Of a DNA stretch of 64,000 nucleotides, positions 36,901 to 51,900 are shown in pieces (the first letter of the stretch is position 1; every line of letters begins with the position of its first letter). Source of the stretch: Dendrobates tinctorius (lineage: Eukaryota). The DNA lies in the NCBI RefSeq assembly GCF_039654945.1, contig NW_027361991.1:186001-250000 (forward strand). Reading direction: 5' to 3'. Both the position numbers and the translations under genes were made by a program. The notes under the pieces were generated by a model that saw nothing but the letters and a program-made list of their open reading frames with translations, did not search any database and had not been told where the DNA came from.

Positions 36901-39900
36901 CAGATTCCACAGCTGTGGAGACAACTACAGTAATGCAAACAACTACTGAAACCTCCTCACTACCAGAAGTGTCCACAAGAACATCTCCAATATCTGTCCA
37001 ATCTACAGAAAGAACACATTCACTACCAGATACCACAACAGAAGCATTTTCAATATCTTCTGTACAGTCAGAGTCTTCTATAGTTTCTACATTACTACCA
37101 GAAGGAACATCGGTGGTGCCAGGCTCCACAGCAGTAGAGACAGCTCCAGTAGTAGAAACAACTACAGAAACCTCATCGTTAGCAGGAGGACCCACAGAAA
37201 CTTCTCCAGTGTCTGATATAACAACAAAAGGGACATCAGTGGTGCAAGGTTCCACAGACACGGAGACATCTTCAGTGGTTGAAACAACTGCAGAATCCTC
37301 ATTGCCAGGAGTATCCCCTGAAAGTTCTCCAGTATCTGATCTGTCCACAAAAGGAACTCATACAGATCCTGATACTACTATAGCAGATTCACCTTCATCA
37401 CCGTCTGTAACTTCAGTAAGTTCTCCTATGTCTGAACTACAATCTGAAGGAACATCAGTAGTATCAGATTCCAAAACTGTGGAGACAACTACAGTGATGC
37501 AAACAGCTACTGAAACCTCCTCACTACCAGACGTGTCCACAAGAACATCTCCAATATCTGACCAATCTACAGAAAGAACACATTCACTAACAGATACCAC
37601 AATAGAAGCATTATCATTATCTTCTGTACAGTCAGAGACTTCTATAGTTTCTACATTACTAGCAGAAGGAACATCGGAGGTGCCAGGCTCCACAGCAGTA
37701 GAGACAGCTCCAGTAGTAGAAACAACTACAGAAACCTCATCGTTACCAGGAGGACCCACAGAAACTTCTCCACTGTCTGATATAACAACAAAAGGGACAT
37801 CAGTGGTGCAAGGTTCCACAGACACGGAGACATCTTCAGTGGTTGAAACAACTGCAGAATCCTCATTGCCAGGAGTATCCACTGAAAGTTCTCCAGTATC
37901 TGATCTGTCCACAAAAGGAACTCATACAGTTCCTGATACTACTATAACAGATTCACCTTCATCACCGTCTGTAACTTCAGTAACTTCTCCTATGTCTGAA
38001 GTACAAACAGAAGGAACATCAGTGGTACCAGATTCCACAGCTGTGGAGACAACTACAGTGATGCAAACAACTACTGAAACCTCCTCACTACTAGAAGTGT
38101 CCACAAGAACATCTCCAATATCTGACCAATCTACAGAAAGAACACATTGTCTACCAGATACCACAATAGAAGCATTTTCATTATCTTCTGTACAGTCAGA
38201 GACTTCTACAGTTTCTACATTACTACCAGAAGGAACATCGGTGGTGCCAGGCTCCACAGCAGTAGAGACAGCTCCATTAGTAGAAACAACTACAGAAACC
38301 TCATCGTTACCAGGAGAACTCACAGAAACTTCTCCAGTGTCTGGTATAACAAAAAAAGGGACATCAGTGGTGCAAGGTTCCACAGACACGGAGACATCTT
38401 CAGTGGTTGAAACAACTGCAGAATCCTCATCGCCAGGAGTATCCACTGAAAGTTCTCTAGTATCTGATCTGTCCACAAAAGGAACTCATACAGATCCCGA
38501 TACTACTATAGCAGATTCACCTTCATCACCGTCTGTAACTTCAGTAAGTTCTCCTATGTCTGAATTACAAACAGAAGGAACATCAGTGGTACCAGATTCC
38601 AAAACTGTGGAGACAACTACAGTGATGCAAACAGCTACTGAAACCTCCTCACTACCAGACGTGTCCACAAGAACATCTCCAATATCTGACCAATCTACAG
38701 AAAGAACACATTCACTACCAGATACCACAATAGAAGCATTATCATTATCTTCTGTACAGTCAGAGACTTCCATAGTTTCTACATTACTAACAGAAGTAAC
38801 ATCGGTGGTGCCAGGCTCCACAGCAGTAGAGACAGCTCCAGTAGTAGAAACAACTACAGAAACCTCATCATTACCAGGAGGACCCACAGAAACTTCTTCA
38901 GTGTCTGATATAACAACAAAAGGGACATCAGTGGTGCAAGATTCCACAGACACGGAGACATCTTCAGTGGTTGAAACAACTGCAGAATCCTCATTGCCAG
39001 GAGTATCCACTGAAAGTTCTCCAGTATCTGATCTGTCCACAAAAGGAACTCATACAGTTCCTGATACTACTATAACAGATTCACCTTCATCACCGTCTGT
39101 AACTTCAGTAACTTCTCCTATGTCTGAAGTACAAACAGAAGGAACATCAGTGGTACCAGATTCCACAGCTGTGGAGACAACTACAGTGATGCAAACAACT
39201 ACTGAAACCTACTCACTACCAGAAGTGTCCACAAGAACATCTCCAATATCTGACCAATCAACAGAAAGAACACAATCACTACCAGATACCACAATAGAAG
39301 CATTTTCATTATCTTCTGTACAGTCAGAGACTTCTATATTTTCTACATTACTACCAGAAGGAACATCGGTGGTGCCAGGCTCCACAGTATTAGAGACAGC
39401 TCCAGTAGTAGAAACAACTACAGAAACCTCATCGTTACCAGGAGGACCCACAGAAACTTCACCAGTGTCTGATATAACAACAAAAGGGACATCAGTGGTG
39501 CAAGGTTCCACAGACATGGAGACATCTTCAGTGGTTGAAACAACTGCAGAATCCTCATTGCCAGGAGTATCCACTGAAAGTTCTCCAGTATCTGGTCTGT
39601 CCACAAAAGGAACTCATACAGTACCTGATACTACTATAGCAGATTCACCTTCATCGCCGTCTGTAACTTCAGTAACTTCTCCTATGTCTGAAGTACAAAC
39701 AGAAGGAACATCAGTGGTACCAGATTCCACAGCTGTGAAGACAACTACAGTGATGCAAACAACTACTGAAACCTCCTCACTACCAGAAGTGTCCACAAGA
39801 ACATCTCCAATATCTGACCAATCTACAGAAAGAACACATTCACTACCAGATACCACAACAGAAGCATTTTCAATATCTTCTGTACAGTCAGAGACTTCTA

Positions 39901-42900
39901 TAGTTTCTACATTACTAAAAGAAGGAACATCGGTGGTGCCAGGCTCCACAGCAGTAGAGACATCTCCAGTAGTAGAAACAACTACAGAAACCTCATCGTT
40001 AGCAGGAGGACCCACAGAAACTTCTCCAGTGTCTGATATGACAATAAAAGGGACATCAGTGGTGCAAGGTTCCACAGACACGGGGACATCTTCAGTGGTT
40101 GAAACAACTGCAGAATCCTCATTGCCAGGAGTATCCACTGAAAGTTCTCCAGTATCTGATCTGTCCACAAAAGGAACTCATACAGTTCCTGATACTACTA
40201 TAACAGATTCATCTTCATCACCGTCTGTAACTTCAGTAACTTCTCCTATGTCTGAAGTACAAACAGAAGGAACATCAGTGGTTCCCGATTCCACAGCTGT
40301 GGAGACAACTACAGTGATGCAAACAACTACTGAAACCTCCTCACTACTAGAAGTGTCCACAAGAACATCTCCAATATCTGACCAATCTACAGAAAGAACA
40401 CATTCACTACCCGATACCACAATAGAAGCATTTTCGTTATCTTCTGTACAGTCAGCGACTTCTACAGTTTCTACATTACTACCAGAAGGAACATCGGTGG
40501 TGCCAGGCTCCACAGCAGTAGAGACAGCTCCAGTAGTAGAAACAACTACAGAAACCTCATCATTACCAGGAGGACCAACAGAAACTTCACCAGTGTCTGA
40601 TATACCAACAAAAGGGACATCAGTGGTGCAAGGTTCCACAGACACGGAGACATCTTTAGTGGTTGAAACAACTGCAGAAACCTCATTGCCAGGAGTATCC
40701 ACTGAAAGTTCTCCAGTATCTGATCTGTCCACAAAAGGAACTCATACAGTACCTGATACTACAATAGCAGATTCACCTTTATCACCGTCTGTAACTTCAG
40801 TAACTTCTCCTATGTCTGAAGTACAAACAGAAGGAACATCAGTGATACCAGATTCCACAGCTGTGGAGACAACTACAGTGATGCAAACAACTACTGAAAC
40901 CTACTCACTACCAGAAGTGTCCACAAGAACATCTCCAATATCTGACCAATCAACAGAAAGAACACATTCACTACCAGATACCACAATAGAAGCATTTTCT
41001 TTATCTTCTGTACAGTCAGAGACTTCTATAGTTTCTACATTACTACCAGAAGGAACATCGGTGGTGCCAGGCTCCACAGCATTAGAGACAGCTCCAGTAG
41101 TAGAAACAACTACAGAAACCTCATCGTTACCAGGAGGACCCACAGAAACTTCACCAGTGTCTGATATAACAACAAAAGGGACATCAGTGGTGCAAGGTTC
41201 CACAGACATGGAGACATCTTCAGTGGTTGAAACAACTGCAGAATCCTCATTGCCAGGAGTATCCACTGAAAGTTCTCCAGTATCTGTTCTGTCCACAAAA
41301 GGAACTCATACAGTACCTAATACTACTATAGCAGATTCACCTTCATCACCGTCTGTAACTTCAGTAACTTCTCCTATGTCTGAAGTACTAACAGAAGGAA
41401 CATCAGTGGTACCAGATTCCACAGCTGTGGAGACAACTACAGTGATGCAAACAACTACTGAAACCTCCTCACTACCAGAAGTGTCCACAAGAACATCTCC
41501 AATATCTGACCAATCTATAGAAAGAACACATTCACTACCAGATACCACAACACAAGCATTTTCAATATCTTCTGCACAGTCAGAGACTTCTATAGTTTCC
41601 ACATTACTAAAAGAAGGAACATCGGTGGTGCCAGGCTCCACAGCAGTAGAGACATCTCCAGTAGTAGAAACAACTACAGAAACCTCATCGTTAGCAGGAG
41701 GACCCACAGAAACTTCTCCAGTGTCTGATATGACAACAAAAGGGACATCAGTGGTGCAAGGTTCCACAGACACGGGGACATCTTCAGTGGTTGAAACAAC
41801 TGCAGAATCCTCATTGCCAGGAGTATACACTGAAAGTTCTCCAGTATCTGATCTGTCCACAAAAGGAACTCATACAGTTCCTGATACTACTATAACAGAT
41901 TCACCTTCATCACCGTCTGTAACTTCAGTAACTTCTCCTATGTCTGAAGTACAAACAGAAGGAACATCAGTGGTTCCCGATTCCACAGCTGTGGAGACAA
42001 CTACAGTGATGCAAACAACTACTGAAACCTCCTCACTACTAGAAGTGTCTACAAGAACATCTCCAATATCTGACCAATCTACAGAAAGAACACATTCACT
42101 ACCAGATACCACAAGAGAAGTATCTTCGTTATCTTCTGTACAGTCAGCGACTTCTACAGTTTCTACATTACTACCAGAAGGAACATCGGTGGTGCCAGGC
42201 TCCACAGCAGTAGAGACAGCTCCAGTAGTAGAAACAACTACAGAAACCTCATCGTTACCAGGAGGACCCACAGAAACTTCACCAGTGTCTGATATACCAA
42301 CAAAAGGGACATCAGTGGTGCAAGGTTCCACAGACACCGAGACATCTTCAGTGGTTGAAACAACTGCAGAATCCTCATTGCCAGGAGTATCCACTGAAAG
42401 TTCTCCAGTATCTGATCTGTCCACAACAGGAACTCATACAGTTCCTGATACTACTATAGCAGATTCACCTTCATCACCATCTGTAACTTCAGTAACTTCT
42501 CCTATGTCTGAAGTACAAACAGAAGGAACATCAGTGGTACCAGATTCCACAGCTGTGGAGACAACTACAGTGATGCAAACAACTACTGAAACCTACTCAC
42601 TACCAGAAGTGTCCATAAGAACATCTCCAATATCTGACCAGTCTACAGAAAGAACACATTCACTACCAGATACCACAATAGAAGCATTTTCATTATCTTC
42701 TGTACAGTCAGAGACTTCTATAGTTTCTACATTACTACCAGAAGGAACATCGGTGGTGCCAGGCTCCACAGCAGAAGAGACAGCTCCAGTAGTAGAAACA
42801 ACTACAGAAACCTCAACATTACCTGAGGGACCCACAGAATCTTCTCCAGTGTCTGATATAACAACAAAAGGGACATCAGTGGTTCAAGGTTCCACAGACA

Positions 42901-45900
42901 CGGAGACATCTTCAGTGGTTGAAACAACTGCAGAATCCTCATTGCCAGGAGTATCCACTGAATGTTCTCCAGTATCTGATCTGTCCACAAAAGGAACTCA
43001 TACATTTCCTGATACGACTATAGCAGATTCACCTTCAACACCGTCTGTAACTTCAGTAAGTTCTCCTATGTCTGAAGTAGAAACAGAAGAAACATCAGTG
43101 GTACCAGATTCCACAACTGTGGAGAAAACTACAGTGATGCAAACAACTAATGAAACCTCCTCACTACCAGAAGTGTCCACAAAAACATCTCCAATATCTG
43201 ACCAATCTACAGAAAGAACACATTCACTACCAGATACCACAATAGAAGCATTTTCATTATCTTCTGTACAGTCAGAGACTTCTATGGTTTCTACATTACT
43301 ACCAGAAGGAACATCGGTGGTGCCAGGCTCCACAGCAGTAGAGACAGCTCCAGTAGTAGAAACAACTACAGAAACCTCATCGTTACCAGGAAGACCCACA
43401 GAAACTTCTCCAGTGTCTGATAAAGCAACAAAAGGGACATCAGTGGTGCAAGGTTCCACAGACATGGAGACATCTTCAGTGGTTGAAACAACTGCAGAAT
43501 CCTCATTGCCAGGAGTATTCACTGAAAGTTCTCCAGTATCTGATCTGTCCACAAAAGGAACTCATAGAGTACCTGATACTACTATAGCAGATTCACCTGC
43601 ATCACCGTCTGTAACTTCAGTAACTTCTCCTATGTCTGAAGTACAAACAGAAGGAACATCAGTGGTACCAGATTCCACAGCTGTGGAGACAACTACAGTA
43701 ATGCAAACAACTACTGAAACCTCCTCACTACCAGAAGTGTCCACAAGAACATCTCCAATATCTGTCCAATCTACAGAAAGAACACATTCACTACCAGATA
43801 CCACAACAGAAGCATTTTCAATATCTTCTGTACAGTCAGAGTCTTCTATAGTTTCTACATTACTACCAGAAGGAACATCGGTGGTGCCAGGCTCCACAGC
43901 AGTAGAGACAGCTCCAGTAGTAGAAACAACTACAGAAACCTCATCGTTAGCAGGAGGACCCACAGAAACTTCTCCAGTGTCTGATATAACAACAAAAGGG
44001 ACATCAGTGGTGCAAGGTTCCACAGACACGGAGACATCTTCAGTGGTTGAAACAACTGCAGAATCCTCATTGCCAGGAGTATCCACTGAAAGTTCTCCAG
44101 TATCTGATCTGTCCACAAAAGGAACTCATACAGATCCTGATACTACTATAGCAGATTCACCTTCATCACCGTCTGTAACTTCAGTAAGTTCTCCTATGTC
44201 TGAACTACAATCAGAAGGAACATCAGTAGTATCAGATTCCAAAACTGTGGAGACAACTACAGTGATGCAAACAGCTACTGAAACCTCCTCACTACCAGAC
44301 GTGTCCACAAGAACATCTCCAATATCTGACCAATCTACAGAAAGAACACATTCACTAACAGATACCACAATAGAAGCATTATCATTATCTTCTGTACAGT
44401 CAGAGACTTCTATAGTTTCTACATTACTAGCAGAAGGAACATCGGAGGTGCCAGGCTCCACAGCAGTAGAGACAGCTCCAGTAGTAGAAACAACTACAGA
44501 AACCTCATCGTTACCAGGAGGACCCACAGAAACTTCTCCAGTGTCTGATATAACAACAAAAGGGACATCAGTGGTGCAAGGTTCCACAGACACGGAGACA
44601 TCTTCAGTGGTTGAAACAACTGCAGAATCCTCATTGCCAGGAGTATCCACTGAAAGTTCTCCAGTATCTGATCTGTCCACAAAAGGAACTCATACAGTTC
44701 CTGATACTACTATAACAGATTCACCTTCATCACCGTCTGTAACTTCAGTAACTTCTCCTATGTCTGAAGTACAAACAGAAGGAACATCAGTGGTACCAGA
44801 TTCCACAGCTGTGGAGACAACTACAGTGATGCAAACAACTACTGAAACCTCCTCACTACTAGAAGTGTCCACAAGAACATCTCCAATATCTGACCAATCT
44901 ACAGAAAGAACACATTGTCTACCAGATACCACAATAGAAGCATTTTCATTATCTTCTGTACAGTCAGAGACTTCTACAGTTTCTACATTACTACCAGAAG
45001 GAACATCGGTGGTGCCAGGCTCCACAGCAGTAGAGACAGCTCCATTAGTAGAAACAACTACAGAAACCTCATCGTTACCAGGAGAACTCACAGAAACTTC
45101 TCCAGTGTCTGGTATAACAACAAAAGGGACATCAGTGGTGCAAGGTTCCACAGACACGGAGACATCTTCAGTGGTTGAAACAACTGCAGAATCCTCATCG
45201 CCAGGAGTATCCACTGAAAGTTCTCTAGTATCTGATCTGTCCACAAAAGGAACTCATACAGATCCCGATACTACTATAGCAGATTCACCTTCATCACCGT
45301 CTGTAACTTCAGTAAGTTCTCCTATGTCTGAATTACAAACAGAAGGAACATCAGTGGTACCAGATTCCAAAACTGTGGAGACAACTACAGTGATGCAAAC
45401 AGCTACTGAAACCTCCTCACTACCAGACGTGTCCACAAGAACATCTCCAATATCTGACCAATCTACAGAAAGAACACATTCACTACCAGATACCACAATA
45501 GAAGCATTATCATTATCTTCTGTACAGTCAGAGACTTCCATAGTTTCTACATTACTAACAGAAGGAACATCGGTGGTGCCAGGCTCCACAGCAGTAGAGA
45601 CAGCTCCAGTAGTAGAAACAACTACAGAAACCTCATCGTTACCAGGAGGACCCACAGAAACTTCTTCAGTGTCTGATATAACAACAAAAGGGACATCAGT
45701 GGTGCAAGATTCCACAGACACGGAGACATCTTCAGTGGTTGAAACAACTGCAGAATCCTCATTGCCAGGAGTATCCACTGAAAGTTCTCCAGTATCTGAT
45801 CTGTCCACAAAAGGAACTCATACAGTTCCTGATACTACTATAACAGATTCACCTTCATCACCGTCTGTAACTTCAGTAACTTCTCCTATGTCTGAAGTAC

Positions 45901-48900
45901 AAACAGAAGGAACATCAGTGGTACCAGATTCCACAGCTGTGGAGACAACTACAGTGATGCAAACAACTACTGAAACCTACTCACTACCAGAAGTGTCCAC
46001 AAGAACATCTCCAATATCTGACCAATCAACAGAAAGAACACAATCACTACCAGATACCACAATAGAAGCATTTTCATTATCTTCTGTACAGTCAGAGACT
46101 TCTATATTTTCTACATTACTACCAGAAGGAACATCGGTGGTGCCAGGCTCCACAGTATTAGAGACAGCTCCAGTAGTAGAAACAACTACAGAAACCTCAT
46201 CGTTACCAGGAGGACCCACAGAAACTTCACCAGTGTCTGATATAACAACAAAAGGGACATCAGTGGTGCAAGGTTCCACAGACATGGAGACATCTTCAGT
46301 GGTTGAAACAACTGCAGAATCCTCATTGCCAGGAGTATCCACTGAAAGTTCTCCAGTATCTGGTCTGTCCACAAAAGGAACTCATACAGTACCTGATACT
46401 ACTATAGCAGATTCACCTTCATCGCCGTCTGTAACTTCAGTAACTTCTCCTATGTCTGAAGTACAAACAGAAGGAACATCAGTGGTACCAGATTCCACAG
46501 CTGTGAAGACAACTACAGTGATGCAAACAACTACTGAAACCTCCTCACTACCAGAAGTGTCCACAAGAACATCTCCAATATCTGACCAATCTACAGAAAG
46601 AACACATTCACTACCAGATACCACAACAGAAGCATTTTCAATATCTTCTGTACAGTCAGAGACTTCTATTGTTTCTACATTACTAAAAGAAGGAACATCG
46701 GTGGTGCCAGGCTCCACAGCAGTAGAGACATCTCCAGTAGTAGAAACAACTACAGAAACCTCATCGTTAGCAGGAGGACCCACAGAAACTTCTCCAGTGT
46801 CTGATATGACAACAAAAGGGACATCAGTGGTGCAAGGTTCCACAGACACGGGGACATCTTCAGTGGTTGAAACAACTGCAGAATCCTCATTGCCAGGAGT
46901 ATCCACTGAAAGTTCTCCAGTATCTGATCTGTCCACAAAAGGAACTCATACAGTTCCTGATACTACTATAACAGATTCATCTTCATCACCGTCTGTAACT
47001 TCAGTAACTTCTCCTATGTCTGAAGTACAAACAGAAGGAACATCAGTGGTTCCCGATTCCACAGCTGTGGAGACAACTACAGTGATGCAAACAACTACTG
47101 AAACCTCCTCACTACTAGAAGTGTCCACAAGAACATCTCCAATATCTGACCAATCTACAGAAAGAACACATTCACTACCCGATACCACAATAGAAGCATT
47201 TTCGTTATCTTCTGTACAGTCAGCGACTTCTACAGTTTCTACATTACTACCAGAAGGAACATCGGTGGTGCCAGGCTCCACAGCAGTAGAGACAGCTCCA
47301 GTAGTAGAAACAACTACAGAAACCTCATCATTACCAGGAGTACCCACAGAAACTTCACCAGTGTCTGATATACCAACAAAAGGGACATCAGTGGTGCAAG
47401 GTTCCACAGACACGGAGACATCTTTAGTGGTTGAAACAACTGCAGAAACCTCATTGCCAGGAGTATCCACTGAAAGTTCTCCAGTATCTGATCTGTCCAC
47501 AAAAGGAACTCATACAGTACCTGATACTACAATAGCAGATTCACCTTTATCACCGTCTGTAACTTCAGTAACTTCTCCTATGTCTGAAGTACAAACAGAA
47601 GGAACATCAGTGATACCAGATTCCACAGCTGTGGAGACAACTACAGTGATGCAAACAACTACTGAAACCTACTCACTACCAGAAGTGTCCACAAGAACAT
47701 CTCCAATATCTGACCAATCAACAGAAAGAACACATTCACTACCAGATACCACAATAGAAGCATTTTCTTTATCTTCTGTACAGTCAGAGACTTCTATAGT
47801 TTCTACATTACTACCAGAAGGAACATCGGTGGTGCCAGGCTCCACAGCATTAGAGACAGCTCCAGTAGTAGAAACAACTACAGAAACCTCATCGTTACCA
47901 GGAGGACCCACAGAAACTTCACCAGTGTCTGATATAACAACAAAAGGGACATCAGTGGTGCAAGGTTCCACAGACATGGAGACATCTTCAGTGGTTGAAA
48001 CAACTGCAGAATCCTCATTGCCAGGAGTATCCACTGAAAGTTCTCCAGTATCTGTTCTGTCCACAAAAGGAACTCATACAGTACCTGATACTACTATAGC
48101 AGATTCACCTTCATCACCGTCTGTAACTTCAGTAACTTCTCCTATGTCTGAAGTACTAACAGAAGGAACATCAGTGGTACCAGATTCCACAGCTGTGGAG
48201 ACAACTACAGTGATGCAAACAACTACTGAAACCTCCTCACTACCAGAAGTGTCCACAAGAATATCTCCAATATCTGACCAATCTATAGAAAGAACACATT
48301 CACTACCAGATACCACAACACAAGCATTTTCAATATCTTCTGCACAGTCAGAGACTTCTATAGTTTCCACATTACTAAAAGAAGGAACATCGGTGGTGCC
48401 AGGCTCCACAGCAGTAGAGACATCTCCAGTAGTAGAAACAACTACAGAAACCTCATCGTTAGCAGGAGGACCCACAGAAACTTCTCCAGTGTCTGATATG
48501 ACAACAAAAGGGACATCAGTGGTGCAAGGTTCCACAGACACGGGGACATCTTCAGTGGTTGAAACAACTGCAGAATCCTCATTGCCAGGAGTATCCACTG
48601 AAATTTCTCCAGTATCTGATCTGTCCACAAAAGGAACTCATACAGTTCCTGATACTACTATAACAGATTCACCTTCATCACCGTCTGTAACTTCAGTAAC
48701 TTCTCCTATGTCTGAAGTACAAACAGAAGGAACATCAGTGGTTCCCGATTCCACAGCTGTGGAGACAACTACAGTGATGCAAACAACTACTGAAACCTCC
48801 TCACTACTAGAAGTGTCTACAAGAACATCTCCAATATCTGACCAATCTACAGAAAGAACACATTCACTACCAGATACCACAAGAGAAGTATCTTCGTTAT

Positions 48901-51900
48901 CTTCTGTACAGTCAGCGACTTCTACAGTTTCTACATTACTACCAGAAGGAACATCGGTGGTGCCAGGCTCCACAGCAGTAGAGACAGCTCCAGTAGTAGA
49001 AACAACTACAGAAACCTCATCGTTACCAGGAGGACCCACAGAAACTTCACCAGTGTCTGATATACCAACAAAAGGGACATCAGTGGTGCAAGGTTCCACA
49101 GACACCGAGACATCTTCAGTGGTTGAAACAACTGCAGAATCCTCATTGCCAGGAGTATCCACTGAAAGTTCTCCAGTATCTGATCTGTCCACAACAGGAA
49201 CTCATACAGTTCCTGATACTACTATAGCAGATTCACCTTCATCACCATCTGTAACTTCAGTAACTTCTCCTATGTCTGAAGTACAAACAGAAGGAACATC
49301 AGTGGTACCAGATTCCACAGCTGTGGAGACAACTACAGTGATGCAAACAACTACTGAAACCTACTCACTACCAGAAGTGTCCATAAGAACATCTCCAATA
49401 TCTGACCAGTCTACAGAAAGAACACATTCACTACCAGATACCACAATAGAAGCATTTTCATTATCTTCTGTACAGTCAGAGACTTCTATAGTTTCTACAT
49501 TACTACCAGAAGGAACATCGGTGGTGCCAGGCTCCACAGCAGAAGAGACAGCTCCAGTAGTAGAAACAACTACAGAAACCTCAACATTACCTGAGGGACC
49601 CACAGAATCTTCTCCAGTGTCTGATATAACAACAAAAGGGACATCAGTGGTTCAAGGTTCCACAGACACGGAGACATCTTCAGTGGTTGAAACAACTGCA
49701 GAATCCTCATTGCCAGGAGTATCCACTGAATGTTCTCCAGTATCTGATCTGTCCACAAAAGGAACTCATACATTTCCTGATACGACTATAGCAGATTCAC
49801 CTTCAACACCGTCTGTAACTTCAGTAAGTTCTCCTATGTCTGAAGTAGAAACAGAAGAAACATCAGTGGTACCAGATTCCACAACTGTGGAGAAAACTAC
49901 AGTGATGCAAACAACTAATGAAACCTCCTCACTACCAGAAGTGTCCACAAAAACATCTCCAATATCTGACCAATCTACAGAAAGAACACATTCACTACCA
50001 GATACCACAATAGAAGCATTTTCATTATCTTCTGTACAGTCAGAGACTTCTATGGTTTCTACATTACTACCAGAAGGAACATCGGTGGTGCCAGGCTCCA
50101 CAGCAGTAGAGACAGCTCCAGTAGTAGAAACAACTACAGAAACCTCATCGTTACCAGGAAGACCCACAGAAACTTCACCAGTGTCTGATAAAGCAACAAA
50201 AGGGACATCAGTGGTGCAAGGTTCCACAGACATGGAGACATCTTCAGTGGTTGAAACAACTGCAGAATCCTCATTGCCAGGAGTATTCACTGAAAGTTCT
50301 CCAGTATCTGATCTGTCCACAAAAGGAACTCATAGAGTACCTGATACTACTATAGCAGATTCACCTGCATCACCGTCTGTAACTTCAGTAACTTCTCCTA
50401 TGTCTGAAGTACAAACAGAAGGAACATCAGTGGTACCAGATTCCACAGCTGTGGAGACAACTACAGTAATGCAAACAACTACTGAAACCTCCTCACTACC
50501 AGAAGTGTCCACAAGAACATCTCCAATATCTGTCCAATCTACAGAAAGAACACATTCACTACCAGATACCACAACAGAAGCATTTTCAATATCTTCTGTA
50601 CAGTCAGAGTCTTCTATAGTTTCTACATTACTACCAGAAGGAACATCGGTGGTGCCAGGCTCCACAGCAGTAGAGACAGCTCCAGTAGTAGAAACAACTA
50701 CAGAAACCTCATCGTTAGCAGGAGGACCCACAGAAACTTCTCCAGTGTCTGATATAACAACAAAAGGGACATCAGTGGTGCAAGGTTCCACAGACACGGA
50801 GACATCTTCAGTGGTTGAAACAACTGCAGAATCCTCATTGCCAGGAGTATCCACTGAAAGTTCTCCAGTATCTGATCTGTCCACAAAAGGAACTCATACA
50901 GATCCTGATACTACTATAGCAGATTCACCTTCATCACCGTCTGTAACTTCAGTAAGTTCTCCTATGTCTGAACTACAATCAGAAGGAACATCAGTAGTAT
51001 CAGATTCCAAAACTGTGGAGACAACTACAGTGATGCAAACAGCTACTGAAACCTCCTCACTACCAGACGTGTCCACAAGAACATCTCCAATATCTGACCA
51101 ATCTACAGAAAGAACACATTCACTAACAGATACCACAATAGAAGCATTATCATTATCTTCTGTACAGTCAGAGACTTCTATAGTTTCTACATTACTAGCA
51201 GAAGGAACATCGGAGGTGCCAGGCTCCACAGCAGTAGAGACAGCTCCAGTAGTAGAAACAACTACAGAAACCTCATCGTTACCAGGAGGACCCACAGAAA
51301 CTTCTCCAGTGTCTGATATAACAACAAAAGGGACATCAGTGGTGCAAGGTTCCACAGACACGGAGACATCTTCAGTGGTTGAAACAACTGCAGAATCCTC
51401 ATTGCCAGGAGTATCCACTGAAAGTTCTCCAGTATCTGATCTGTCCACAAAAGGAACTCATACAGTTCCTGATACTACTATAACAGATTCACCTTCATCA
51501 CCGTCTGTAACTTCAGTAACTTCTCCTATGTCTGAAGTACAAACAGAAGGAACATCAGTGGTACCAGATTCCACAGCTGTGGAGACAACTACAGTGATGC
51601 AAACAACTACTGAAACCTCCTCACTACTAGAAGTGTCCACAAGAACATCTCCAATATCTGACCAATCTACAGAAAGAACACATTGTCTACCAGATACCAC
51701 AATAGAAGCATTTTCATTATCTTCTGTACAGTCAGAGACTTCTACAGTTTCTACATTACTACCAGAAGGAACATCGGTGGTGCCAGGCTCCACAGCAGTA
51801 GAGACAGCTCCATTAGTAGAAACAACTACAGAAACCTCATCGTTACCAGGAGAACTCACAGAAACTTCTCCAGTGTCTGGTATAACAACAAAAGGGACAT